Below, piece after piece: positions 25,422 to 33,668 of a stretch of 36,467 bases of DNA. This DNA is from an uncultured Methanosarcinales archaeon (GTDB lineage: Archaea > Nanobdellota > Nanobdellia > Woesearchaeales > DATGWN01). The position numbers were made by a program, and so were the translations under genes. Every line of letters starts with the position of its first letter. Positions within the stretch are counted from its first letter, which is position 1. The notes under the pieces were generated by a model that saw only the letters and a list, made by a program, of their open reading frames with translations, did no database searches and was not told the origin of the DNA. The stretch spans positions 1 through 36,467 of the forward strand of contig CAZMDB010000003.1 in assembly GCA_964565095.1 (NCBI GenBank). The letters run 5' to 3'.

Positions 25422-26126
25422 ATGGAGACATTGTTCGTGCCTGCATACGCATCTGCCACGTATCGGCTACCGGAATCAGTTCTCACGGAGATCTCCTCTC
25501 TTGCTGGAGAGAAGAAGCAGGTAGGCCTATGCTCCGCGGTCCAGTTTGTCAGGTCGCTGCCAGGTATGCGAGAACAGTTGGAAAGGGCAGGGTACTCTGT
25601 GAGCATGATCACGGGGACGCGCAGCAGAAAAGAGGGTCAGGTGCTCGGGTGTGACGCGCCAGAGAATGTTGATGTGGGTCTGGTCCTATATGTGGGCGAT
25701 GGCATGTTCCATCCCCGTGGCGTGCAATTGAAGAATCCGGTCGAAGTGCTTGTATATAATCCATTCAGTGAGAAGCTACAATGCATCTCAGAAAAGGATG
25801 CGGAACGCCTGCGTCGGCGACAGCAAGGTGCGTATCTGCGATTTCTTGAGTCTGCGGCGGTAGGTGTCCTGATCAGTCTAAAGCCAGGGCAGTGCAGGAT
25901 TGCGCTGTATGAAGGTATACGTAAAAAGTTTCCATCGAAAAAATACTATCCAGTGATTTTTGATAGCATCGATTTCTCCTCTCTCGAGGACTTTCCATTC
26001 ATCGACGTGTGGGTCAATACTGCGTGTCCCAGGATAGGCTATGAGGATGTTACGCGTGCACAGAAGCCGGTACTGAATGCGGAGTATCTGCTCTCATCTG
26101 AGGTTCCTCCGGAGAGTGATGGATGA
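25422..26126 (+). CDS. dph2: Diphthamide biosynthesis protein Dph2, short form
   Basis: GQVLGCD, YVGDGMFHP, GVLISLKPGQ, DVWVNTACPRI; 234 aa. Confidence 0.9.
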   Translation: METLFVPAYASATYRLPESVLTEISSLAGEKKQVGLCSAVQFVRSLPGMREQLERAGYSVSMITGTRSRKEGQVLGCDAPENVDVGLVLYVGDGMFHPRGVQLKNPVEVLVYNPFSEKLQCISEKDAERLRRRQQGAYLRFLESAAVGVLISLKPGQCRIALYEGIRKKFPSKKYYPVIFDSIDFSSLEDFPFIDVWVNTACPRIGYEDVTRAQKPVLNAEYLLSSEVPPESDG

Positions 26127-26702
26127 GTGGCAGAATACAAGGGATTGATAAAGAGCCATAGCCGAGACCGCGTGGCGGGTATGGTCTATGTGGAGAAAGG
26201 AGTCAATCTCTGCATGTTGCCCGGTGGACTGGTCTGCATGGGGTGTTGCGGCTTCGATTTCTCTCCCAAACTGAGTCCAGAGATGAAAGAAGAATTTGTC
26301 AAGGCTCTCTTGCAGAGTACTGAGGAATTCGCTCAGGCAGGAAGCAAACAAGAGTTCAGGACCCGATATGCTTCGTATGATCTTCACGACTGCGGAATGT
26401 GCCGGCAGCTCATCCTGGACACTGATGCCACGGTCGACGAGCTTATGGATAGGAAGACTCTGCCAATCTATTGTCCTCTGCATCCGGCACAGAATGAAGG
26501 CAGGGACCTGCGAGAAGATGAGTGTGATACCAGGTATATGTGCAAGACACAACAGAAGTTCCTCCAGGAGTGGGACGAGTCGACACGAGAACGGTTTCTG
26601 CAGTTCGTAGCAGAAAGGGATCTTGACTGGTTCTCCTACTCGGTGCAGATCTATACAGGAAGCCTTTTGCAGGAATTCGAAGGAGCGGGTAAGGATGAAT
26701 GA
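26127..26702 (+). CDS. Cys-rich putative Fe-S/Zn-binding protein (YkgJ/CxxCxxCC-like)
   Basis: LC-x7-CMGCC, CGMC, YCPLHP, R..ECDTRYMC. The GTG start directly follows the dph2 stop. Confidence 0.7.
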   Translation: MAEYKGLIKSHSRDRVAGMVYVEKGVNLCMLPGGLVCMGCCGFDFSPKLSPEMKEEFVKALLQSTEEFAQAGSKQEFRTRYASYDLHDCGMCRQLILDTDATVDELMDRKTLPIYCPLHPAQNEGRDLREDECDTRYMCKTQQKFLQEWDESTRERFLQFVAERDLDWFSYSVQIYTGSLLQEFEGAGKDE

Positions 26703-26874
26703 TGTTGCTGTCAGGATCATTTCGATCCTCGTGATCATATTTCTTGTGTTCTGGATGGTCCTTCTGGGGACGGGGCGTATACGGGGTCTTGTGTTCTGGG
26801 TCCCGCTTGCTATTGCAGCAATTTTCGCATACTGGCTTCTGCCTCGGCTGAAGAATCAGAGTGGTTCAGCATAG
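26695..26874 (+). CDS. Small two-TM membrane protein
   Basis: MNDVAVRIISILVIIFLVFWMVLLGTGRIRGLVFWVPLAIAAIFAYWLLPRLK; start overlaps the end of the previous gene. Confidence 0.65.
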   Translation: MNDVAVRIISILVIIFLVFWMVLLGTGRIRGLVFWVPLAIAAIFAYWLLPRLKNQSGSA

Positions 26875-28088
26875 AATATGTTGTGTTTGTCACGGGTGAT
26901 CCGTAATCGTACCTGCTGATCTGGTTCGTAATTCTTGCGGTTGCCGTGCTTGTCCAATTTAGGGAGGAACGTGATGGTGCGCTCTTGGGCAGCAGCAAGA
27001 ATCTCGTGCGGGTTATGACCAGGTCCGATCACTCGGGCCTCTACTATCGCGTTCTTGTTGAAGGGTTTGGCAAGCTGCTTCACCTTGCGGATCCGGAAGT
27101 CCTTCGGCATGTTCATGATGAGTGGAACATCGTATTCAACTTCCAGGTCGTGGAGACGTTGCCTGAACGTGTCCCAGTCGATCTGCTTCTGGAAGAAGCG
27201 TCCGCCTTTGTAGTTGAGGTAATTCTGGATGCCGAGGGTGACTGAGTGCTCCCTGGCAAATTCGATCATCTCTCTGATGCCTGCGTCATTGACCCCCTGG
27301 AGCCAGATGGGCGCAATGAGCAGATCCATCTTTTTATGGTTGGCGATATAGGTGGCGATCTTCTTGAGGCGGTCCGTGTCCACAGCTCGGCCTTCCAGTC
27401 GGCTTGCCAGTTCGCTGTCAAAAGTATTTATGGAGATATTGATGCGTGTCATTCCGGCATCAGCCAATTGATCGATGTATTTTTCGGTGAGCAATGTCCC
27501 GTTAGTGTCAGTGGTGATCTGCGTGACTGCCGGGATCTCTCTGAGTTTTCTGATCAGATACAGCATGTCCCCGTACAGGAACGGTTCCCCATGGCAGGAG
27601 AAATGCAGTTCGACTTCGTCCTCCGGGGAGGTCAGGCCCTTCTCCCGCAGCACCCTGCGCGTCTCTTCGACCAGATAATCGGCTTCTACAAGAAAATCTA
27701 CTTGTTTGTCCTGAGCGCCTTCGGAGACCGAGCAGTAGAGGCAACAATGGTTGCAGCTTGTCACGGGCTTGAGTTCAAGTAAAGACGTGCCGCGGTCCAC
27801 AATGCCGAAGTAGTTGGTGCCTATCAGTGGGATTCCTGAGTTCTTATGCACATAGGTAGTCGCAAGACCGGAGATCTTGTTGGTCAGGTGGCAGAGACCC
27901 TCGTCTATCGCGGACCGTACGATCGGCGCAACATCCTCCCCGACCAGAAGAGCGCCATCCTCGCACTGCCATTCTCCCAGGTCGTCAAGATATTCTTTGG
28001 AGAGATCGAAGTACCAGTTCTGCATCACATGGCCTCTGACGTTGTCTTCCTGCTCCCGGAAGTGGATAATCTCGAATTGCAGTCGCAT
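26856..28088 (-). CDS. Radical SAM protein with C-terminal TRAM-like domain (COG2100-like)
   Basis: IPLIG..FGIVDRGT..LELKPVTSCNHCCLYCSVSEG (CxxxCxxC), GEP, TNGTLL and terminal ITRDKHNIF. Start 28088 chosen because a TTTTTAAA box lies about 23 nt upstream. Confidence 0.9.
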   Translation of the reverse strand: MRLQFEIIHFREQEDNVRGHVMQNWYFDLSKEYLDDLGEWQCEDGALLVGEDVAPIVRSAIDEGLCHLTNKISGLATTYVHKNSGIPLIGTNYFGIVDRGTSLLELKPVTSCNHCCLYCSVSEGAQDKQVDFLVEADYLVEETRRVLREKGLTSPEDEVELHFSCHGEPFLYGDMLYLIRKLREIPAVTQITTDTNGTLLTEKYIDQLADAGMTRINISINTFDSELASRLEGRAVDTDRLKKIATYIANHKKMDLLIAPIWLQGVNDAGIREMIEFAREHSVTLGIQNYLNYKGGRFFQKQIDWDTFRQRLHDLEVEYDVPLIMNMPKDFRIRKVKQLAKPFNKNAIVEARVIGPGHNPHEILAAAQERTITFLPKLDKHGNRKNYEPDQQVRLRITRDKHNIFYAEPL

Positions 28089-28177
28089 GGAGGCAGAGAA
28101 CTTATGCCGTTTTAAAAAAGTGATGGCCATATTCTTCCCGCCCTTGCATTTTAAATAGGGGTGGAGAATTCTTCCCG

Positions 28178-29860
28178 ATGATGTCGCGGCAGCAGTTCAG
28201 CAAAGTACAGGCTCTCAGGATAGTGGCGGTTGCTGTACTATTGGGAGCCATCATGCGCCTCTATCGGCTCGGCACACCTTTCGCATCCTCTGATAATGCC
28301 GGACTTGCAATACAAATCATTTGTAATCAGGGATGGGCATGGATGTTCTATACTGCTTATGGCCCGCTGATCAATTTTATCACGAAGATATGGGCGGTCT
28401 TCATGACAGCTTCGGGGATAGGCCTTGATGAGTTTGTATGGCGATTGCCTGTCGCTCTGGTAGGAGTGGCCTCCATCCCGATGGCATATGCATTTCTTCG
28501 CAGCATCTCCGTTTCCCGCAAAGGTGCTGCTGCAGGGGCGCTTGTGATGGCAGTGTTCCCCCTGCATGTCTTTCAGTCCCGGTATCTTTGGGGCTATGAA
28601 GTCCTTGGATTTTTCTTTCTCATGCTTGCACTCATCTCCCTGCGATGGTATCTGCGGAGTCCTTCGCTGTGGCGCGGACTCGCATGCTCGACGGCGTTTG
28701 CTGCCTACTTGTGTTCGCACGGATACTTCATGCCGGTCGTGTTGGTGGTGGCGTGGTATCTGCTGCTTTTCACACAGGATACGCTGGCTGCCCTCAAGGA
28801 TCTGGTGCGGCATTTCGTGTGGATCATGCCGGTTCTGGCTTATCCTTTCTTCATCTCATCCATATATCATGCGCTCAATAAGAATGCCCGGTTCGGCTTA
28901 TTCATGTTTGCGTATCTGGATGAATTCGGGACAGCCTTTGGGGCCGCTATGACTCTGCTTATCGGCGTCGCACTGGCAGCAGTGATCGCCAGAGTTGTTG
29001 CCAGAAAAGAGGTCCGTCCTGCTCTTTTCCTGCTTGGCGCAGCAGGAGTGTATCTGCTCCCTCTTTTTCTCACAGGACCTCCCGGCGTCACGGTAATCCG
29101 CGGCTACATGCTGATCGGCGGTTGTTTCCTCATCCTGCTTGCAGGGTGGCACGCAGATACGACTGGCCGCTGGTGGTTTGCGGTCCTTGCAGCCGCACTT
29201 ATCGTCACGAGTCTGGGAACACTGGCAGCGATGGGACATGATGATGCGCAGCCAGAAGAGATGAGACGTATAGGCCAGTATTCCCTGATAACGTCAGGAC
29301 GGGGCGGGTTCGAGGATACAGGTGTCAAGGCGCTGGGGTACCTGCTTTACAGGTATGGGGTGCAGGATGCAGAAGTGTTAGCGGTGCATCGTCACCTAGA
29401 GGCGCCGGTGATGCGCTACTATATAGGCAGACGGAATCTGAGTTGGACTGATCTGACACATCTGGAATGGAGAACCAAGCTGACGTACTATGGGCATGAA
29501 TCGGACCTTATGCTTTGCGATGATCAGCAGATGTGGGAGTGTCGCGGTGTGGCAGCTGTGAGATCAGGTTATGTATATCTGCGTGTAGAGGGGCAGGGGT
29601 TCGGTGATCTGCATGCGTTTTTTTTCAATACCAGCGGATATCATGTGCCAGATATGGTAGATTTCTTGCGTCGTAATGGAGTGCGCTGCAGCGTTGACGG
29701 CAGGTGTGTGATGGATGCAGCAGTGCGCAGTGAACTCAATGCCAGATATGATGATGATTATAGGCTGTTTCTTGGAAACCGCGCCCGTATCTCGTGTCCG
29801 GCTTCCTACATGGGGCTTGTTCCCCAGGCTGCAGCAGGTATGTCCAGATACGTGCGCTGA
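28178..29860 (+). CDS. GT-C fold glycosyltransferase (PMT/ArnT, family 39/83-like)
   Basis: RLYRLG..SSDN first loop, EFVWRLPVALVG, FPLHVFQSRY; many TM helices and a C-terminal external domain. Confidence 0.82.
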   Translation: MMSRQQFSKVQALRIVAVAVLLGAIMRLYRLGTPFASSDNAGLAIQIICNQGWAWMFYTAYGPLINFITKIWAVFMTASGIGLDEFVWRLPVALVGVASIPMAYAFLRSISVSRKGAAAGALVMAVFPLHVFQSRYLWGYEVLGFFFLMLALISLRWYLRSPSLWRGLACSTAFAAYLCSHGYFMPVVLVVAWYLLLFTQDTLAALKDLVRHFVWIMPVLAYPFFISSIYHALNKNARFGLFMFAYLDEFGTAFGAAMTLLIGVALAAVIARVVARKEVRPALFLLGAAGVYLLPLFLTGPPGVTVIRGYMLIGGCFLILLAGWHADTTGRWWFAVLAAALIVTSLGTLAAMGHDDAQPEEMRRIGQYSLITSGRGGFEDTGVKALGYLLYRYGVQDAEVLAVHRHLEAPVMRYYIGRRNLSWTDLTHLEWRTKLTYYGHESDLMLCDDQQMWECRGVAAVRSGYVYLRVEGQGFGDLHAFFFNTSGYHVPDMVDFLRRNGVRCSVDGRCVMDAAVRSELNARYDDDYRLFLGNRARISCPASYMGLVPQAAAGMSRYVR

Positions 29861-29908
29861 GGCAGCAAAGTATATAAAGTTGGCTCCTCCACTCCTCCAT
29901 GGGGGTAT

Positions 29909-30565
29909 ATGGCAGAAAAAGCAGAATCGACTACGAATCTGACCTATGAGAAGCTTTTCGAATTGTTGCGCAGCGAGAAGAACAACGCGGCGCTGCAGAA
30001 GCTTTCAGAGACATTCTTTGAGGATGTGCAGATCTACATGGATTCGAAGTTGGCTATCATCAAGAAGCACAGCGATTCAGAAAATGTGTTTTCTCAGAAG
30101 GAGTTGGAGAAGACCAGCAAGCAACTGGCAAATGCCAAGAAGATCCTCAAGATGCTCTATGATCTGCGTGAGAAGAAGATTGTGACTATGGCGCTCAACA
30201 AGAGCAGGACAGCATCAAGCCTCATCGATACCTCAGGCATCCATGTCCAGGAGATGGCGATGTTCAAGGATCTTGTTGAGCTTATGGATAAATATCGGGG
30301 ACAGCTCCTTACGATGTTGCTAGAGGGTAAGCATACTGTGTCTGCTTCGGCTCCTGCTTCGGCTCCGGCACCAGAGGTTGCCGGGATGCAGTTGGTACGA
30401 TTTATCGATGATGTGGAAGAATTCGTGGACTCTGATATGAAGCGGTATGGTCCGTTCCAGGAAGAAGACATCGCGAATCTTCCTGCAGAAGTGGTCAAGC
30501 TGCTGCAGAAACGCTCAAAGGTCCAGGTTCTGGATAGTGAGCAAGCTGCTACCACGCAAAGTTAG
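29909..30565 (+). CDS. gins15: DNA replication complex GINS protein (Gins15-type)
   Basis: Helical A-domain (LTYEKL..EK..LQKL..FFEDV..Y, LYDLREKKIV) and B-domain (VRFIDDVEEFVDSDMKRYGPFQEEDIANLP); conserved position upstream of rpl44e-rps27e-aIF2a. Confidence 0.85.
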   Translation: MAEKAESTTNLTYEKLFELLRSEKNNAALQKLSETFFEDVQIYMDSKLAIIKKHSDSENVFSQKELEKTSKQLANAKKILKMLYDLREKKIVTMALNKSRTASSLIDTSGIHVQEMAMFKDLVELMDKYRGQLLTMLLEGKHTVSASAPASAPAPEVAGMQLVRFIDDVEEFVDSDMKRYGPFQEEDIANLPAEVVKLLQKRSKVQVLDSEQAATTQS

Positions 30566-30759
30566 GGTTTGGTGACGCGCTCGACCGACATGCGCAGATA
30601 CAGTTCTTCACCGAGAGTGACCAGGACACCCACGATACCCAGGAGCAATGCCACCAGCTCGCCGGTGCGGATGAACCATATGAAGAATGCGATGGTAACA
30701 CTCCAGGCTACATAGCGCATGTACACGTGGTGGGCGTGTTCGTTGCGGTCCATTCTCAT
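30562..30759 (-). CDS. Small two-TM membrane protein
   Basis: 65 aa with two hydrophobic segments; TATAAATA on the minus strand upstream. Confidence 0.55.
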   Translation of the reverse strand: MRMDRNEHAHHVYMRYVAWSVTIAFFIWFIRTGELVALLLGIVGVLVTLGEELYLRMSVERVTKP

Positions 30760-30835
30760 TTATTGTGCATAAGTCCTATTTATACCTGCCTGTTGTTGTG
30801 CGTCAAGTGTAGCAGTCCTGGTCAGAGATGCTTAT

Positions 30836-30862
30836 CAATATTCAGCAGTGTTCTGAATATTG
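30836..30862. promoter_or_regulatory. Palindromic operator CAATATTCAG-N7-CTGAATATTG, copy 2
   Basis: Perfect 10-bp inverted repeat just upstream of BRE/TATA (CGCAAA-T-TTTATAAA, 30871-30885) of rpl44e; the core matches 22428-22445. Confidence 0.62.
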
Positions 30863-30909
30863 TTTTCAGACGCAAATTTTATAAAGAGGAGGCAATTTCT
30901 TGCCTTCAC

Positions 30910-31227
30910 ATGAAAATTCCTAAGCGTATCAAGCGACTATGCCCGAAATGCGGCAAGCATACGGAGCATACCGTCAAGAATCAGACGAATAGGGGACTGA
31001 ACAAGACCAACACTATGACGCGTGGTGCAATCAATCGTGTCATGGCGCGTGGACTGCGTCGCGGTACGGGAAACCAGGGGCGTTTTTCCCGTAAGCCGAT
31101 CGGATCCTGGAAGATGACAGGACAGAAGACCACCAAGAAGCTTGACCTGCGGTACACCTGTACTGAATGCAAGAAGACGCATATGCAGAAAGCAGGAATC
31201 CGTGTGAAGCGTGTGGAGCTCATATGA
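30910..31227 (+). CDS. rpl44e: 50S ribosomal protein L44e (eL42)
   Basis: MKIPKRIKRLCPKCGKHTEH...KTTKKLDLRYTCTECKK. True start is the ATG at 30910. Confidence 0.96.
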   Translation: MKIPKRIKRLCPKCGKHTEHTVKNQTNRGLNKTNTMTRGAINRVMARGLRRGTGNQGRFSRKPIGSWKMTGQKTTKKLDLRYTCTECKKTHMQKAGIRVKRVELI

Positions 31228-31237
31228 GGGGAGTAGT

Positions 31238-31417
31238 ATGCTGAAAGAATCAACAAGCAAATTCATCAAGGTGCGATGCCCTAGCTGCAAGAATGAGCAG
31301 GTAGTCTTCGGAAAGGCTTCTACGGATGTAGAGTGTGTCATCTGTGGCAAGGAGCTTGCCTCGTCAGCCGGGAGCAAGGCGAAAGTCAAGGCACGCATCC
31401 TGGAAGTTCTTGATTAG
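31238..31417 (+). CDS. rps27e: 30S ribosomal protein S27e
   Basis: SKFIKVRCPSCKNEQVVFGKASTDVECVICG..LA...GSKA; GAGGGG SD. Confidence 0.97.
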   Translation: MLKESTSKFIKVRCPSCKNEQVVFGKASTDVECVICGKELASSAGSKAKVKARILEVLD

Positions 31418-31529
31418 TTTTTCCTCTTTTCTCTCTTTGTAGATTTTGCCTATAGTTTCCTGAGGGCTGTTTTGTACTCCAGGTTCATGGCAAAGATTTA
31501 TAAACCTCTGCTAGTTTGTCAGTTCTACA

Positions 31530-32324
31530 ATGCTCTACAAGCGCAAAGGTATGCCGGAAGAAGGCGAGTTGGTGGTCGTCACAGTCACAAAGATACATCA
31601 TCATTCTGTATTCGCAAAGCTCATGGAATACCCAGGGAAGGTGGGGCTTTTGCATATTTCCGAGATTGCACCGGGCCGTATCCGTAATATCTATGATTAT
31701 GTCAAGGAAGGCAAGGTCATTGTGTGCAAGATTCTTCGTGTCGATGAACGGAGAGGGCATATCGATCTTTCCTTGCGAAGAGTTTCGGATAGTCAGCGCA
31801 TCAAGAAGATGTCGCTTCTCAAGCAGGAGCAGAAAGCGGAGAAGATCATTGAGAATGTCGCGCAGGAGCTTGATGTCCCGTTCAAGGATTTCTATAAGAA
31901 AATCGCTTCGGTGGTTTTCAAGGAATATGATTTCATCTACGATTATTTTTTCGATATCATCATGGAGCGAAATGAGATAGGTTATCTTGATCTTCCTGCC
32001 AAGGAGGCAGAGGTCCTGGAGACTTTTGTCCGGCAGCGGATCAAGCGGCCGCAGGTCGAGGTCAAAGGTAAGCTGCGTCTCATCAGCCATGCGTCCGACG
32101 GCGTGGATCGCATCCGCTCGGTATTGGTGTCTATGGAGAAGGTGGATGAGAAGTTTTCTGTCACGTATCTGGGTGCAGGTGTCTATTCTCTCTATGTGAC
32201 CAGTGAGAATTTCAAGGAAGCTGAGGATATACTGTCCCAGGCGCTCAAGATCGCACAGCAAGGGGAGAAGGAGCAGGGTATCCAGTTCCATTTCGAGCGT
32301 GAAGAAGGTAAGAGCATCGCGTGA
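31530..32324 (+). CDS. eif2a: Translation initiation factor 2 alpha subunit (aIF2alpha)
   Basis: S1 domain PEEGELVVVTV..GLLHISEI...HIDLSLRRV, C-terminal YLGAGVY; own TTTATAAA at 31497-31504. Confidence 0.96.
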   Translation: MLYKRKGMPEEGELVVVTVTKIHHHSVFAKLMEYPGKVGLLHISEIAPGRIRNIYDYVKEGKVIVCKILRVDERRGHIDLSLRRVSDSQRIKKMSLLKQEQKAEKIIENVAQELDVPFKDFYKKIASVVFKEYDFIYDYFFDIIMERNEIGYLDLPAKEAEVLETFVRQRIKRPQVEVKGKLRLISHASDGVDRIRSVLVSMEKVDEKFSVTYLGAGVYSLYVTSENFKEAEDILSQALKIAQQGEKEQGIQFHFEREEGKSIA

Positions 32325-32365
32325 ACGCGCAACATATTTAAACCCGTTTTTTCAGGATTTCTTAT

Positions 32366-32932
32366 ATGAATGAAGACGTCCGTCAGGATATTCTTGCGGT
32401 GCTGACAAAGGCGCAGGTGGCGCTGCAGGATCGCGACGAGGTAATTCTTTCCCAGATCTCGAATGAGACCATCCATAATGCGAGTATCTATCAGGATGAT
32501 CTGTCTATTGATGTGGCGATCGCGATGTATGCGCTCTCAAAGATCCTGGGGCGCAAAAAGGATGATAAGAGTGCCTTTTTCTCCGCATGCGAGAAGCTGA
32601 TAGGCAAGGCATATGCGGAATTGAGGACCGGTTCGCTGGAGGACTATCATACGACGATGCATGAGGTTCTGCGCACTATCAAGCAAGCTGACCGGAAGAT
32701 GTCTCTCTATATCCAGCATGTGCTGGATCAGGCACGTCTGAAAAAATCCGCCAAACTTTACGATCATGGAATCTCGCTGGCACAGAGCGCAAGCAAACTA
32801 GGTGTTTCCCAGTGGCAATTGTATAGCTATATCGGAAAGACTAGTATGGATGATGCGCCTAAGAGTAGCGTGAGGAACATGAAAAAGCGCCTGGCATTCA
32901 CTCGTTCGTTGTTCAAGGGGGGAGTGCGATGA
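32366..32932 (+). CDS. Hypothetical protein with C-terminal HTH (UPF0175-like putative antitoxin)
   Basis: LYDHGISLAQSASKLGVSQWQLYSYIG resembles the UPF0175 HTH; ATGA overlap with the PIN gene. Confidence 0.7.
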   Translation: MNEDVRQDILAVLTKAQVALQDRDEVILSQISNETIHNASIYQDDLSIDVAIAMYALSKILGRKKDDKSAFFSACEKLIGKAYAELRTGSLEDYHTTMHEVLRTIKQADRKMSLYIQHVLDQARLKKSAKLYDHGISLAQSASKLGVSQWQLYSYIGKTSMDDAPKSSVRNMKKRLAFTRSLFKGGVR

Positions 32933-33645
32933 GGTCTGCGCATCCGGTCATGGTGTTTGACACGGGTCCGATCATTACACTGACGCTGAATAATCTTTCG
33001 TGGATGATTCCCGTCCTGAAGCGTATCTATGGTGGAGAATTTCTCATACCTGCGGCTGTAAAGAAGGAGCTTGTCGACAAGCCTCTTTGTACAAAGAAGT
33101 ATAAGCTGGAGGCATTGCAGATCATCCCTTTCCTCAATGACGGCACTTTGAAATTGGTGGACCATTCAGAGACAGATGCGCTCACAGAGGAGTTGGCGCA
33201 TGACATGAACAGGATATATTATGCAAAATCGCATCCGGTCACTATTGTGCATGCAGGAGAGATCGATGCAATATCATGTGCTCTTCAGCGGGGAGCTGAT
33301 GCGCTGGTCGTGGATGAGCGGAACACGCGATATCTTATCGAGACCCCGATGCGCTTGTGCAAGCGGCTGGAGCATAAACTGCATACGAAAGTGACTGTGG
33401 ACAAGGATGTCCTGCGCAAGGTCCGGGCGCGTCTGAAAGGGATGCGTACAATCAGGACAGTCGAGATAATCACTGTTGCGTATGAAATGGGGCTTGTGGA
33501 CCGCTATCTGAATCCGGCATCGACGCATCCGCGTCAGGATCTGTTGGAGGCTCTCCTCTGGGGGGTCAAGCTTAACGGTTGTGCGGTACAGGTCGCAGAG
33601 ATCGATGAGATCATGAAGCTGGAGCGTGCCTCCAAAGATTTATAA
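32929..33645 (+). CDS. PIN-domain ribonuclease (VapC/DUF3368-like)
   Basis: [33 protein letters not shown]: the four acidic PIN positions are present. Confidence 0.85.
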   Translation: MRSAHPVMVFDTGPIITLTLNNLSWMIPVLKRIYGGEFLIPAAVKKELVDKPLCTKKYKLEALQIIPFLNDGTLKLVDHSETDALTEELAHDMNRIYYAKSHPVTIVHAGEIDAISCALQRGADALVVDERNTRYLIETPMRLCKRLEHKLHTKVTVDKDVLRKVRARLKGMRTIRTVEIITVAYEMGLVDRYLNPASTHPRQDLLEALLWGVKLNGCAVQVAEIDEIMKLERASKDL

Positions 33646-33668
33646 GGAATGTCTCGAATATCAGTCTT

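Noticed and set aside
30342-30365. 12-bp tandem duplication CTGCTTCGGCTC x2
   Set aside because: Encodes the ASAPASAP flexible linker between the GINS A and B domains; ordinary slippage.
30727-30909. N-terminal extension of L44e suggested by the ORF track (likewise 31211 for S27e)
   Set aside because: The region contains the promoter and operator; family homology begins at ATG 30910 (and 31238 for S27e).
31485-32291. 268-aa minus-strand ORF
   Set aside because: Antisense to the unambiguous aIF2alpha gene.
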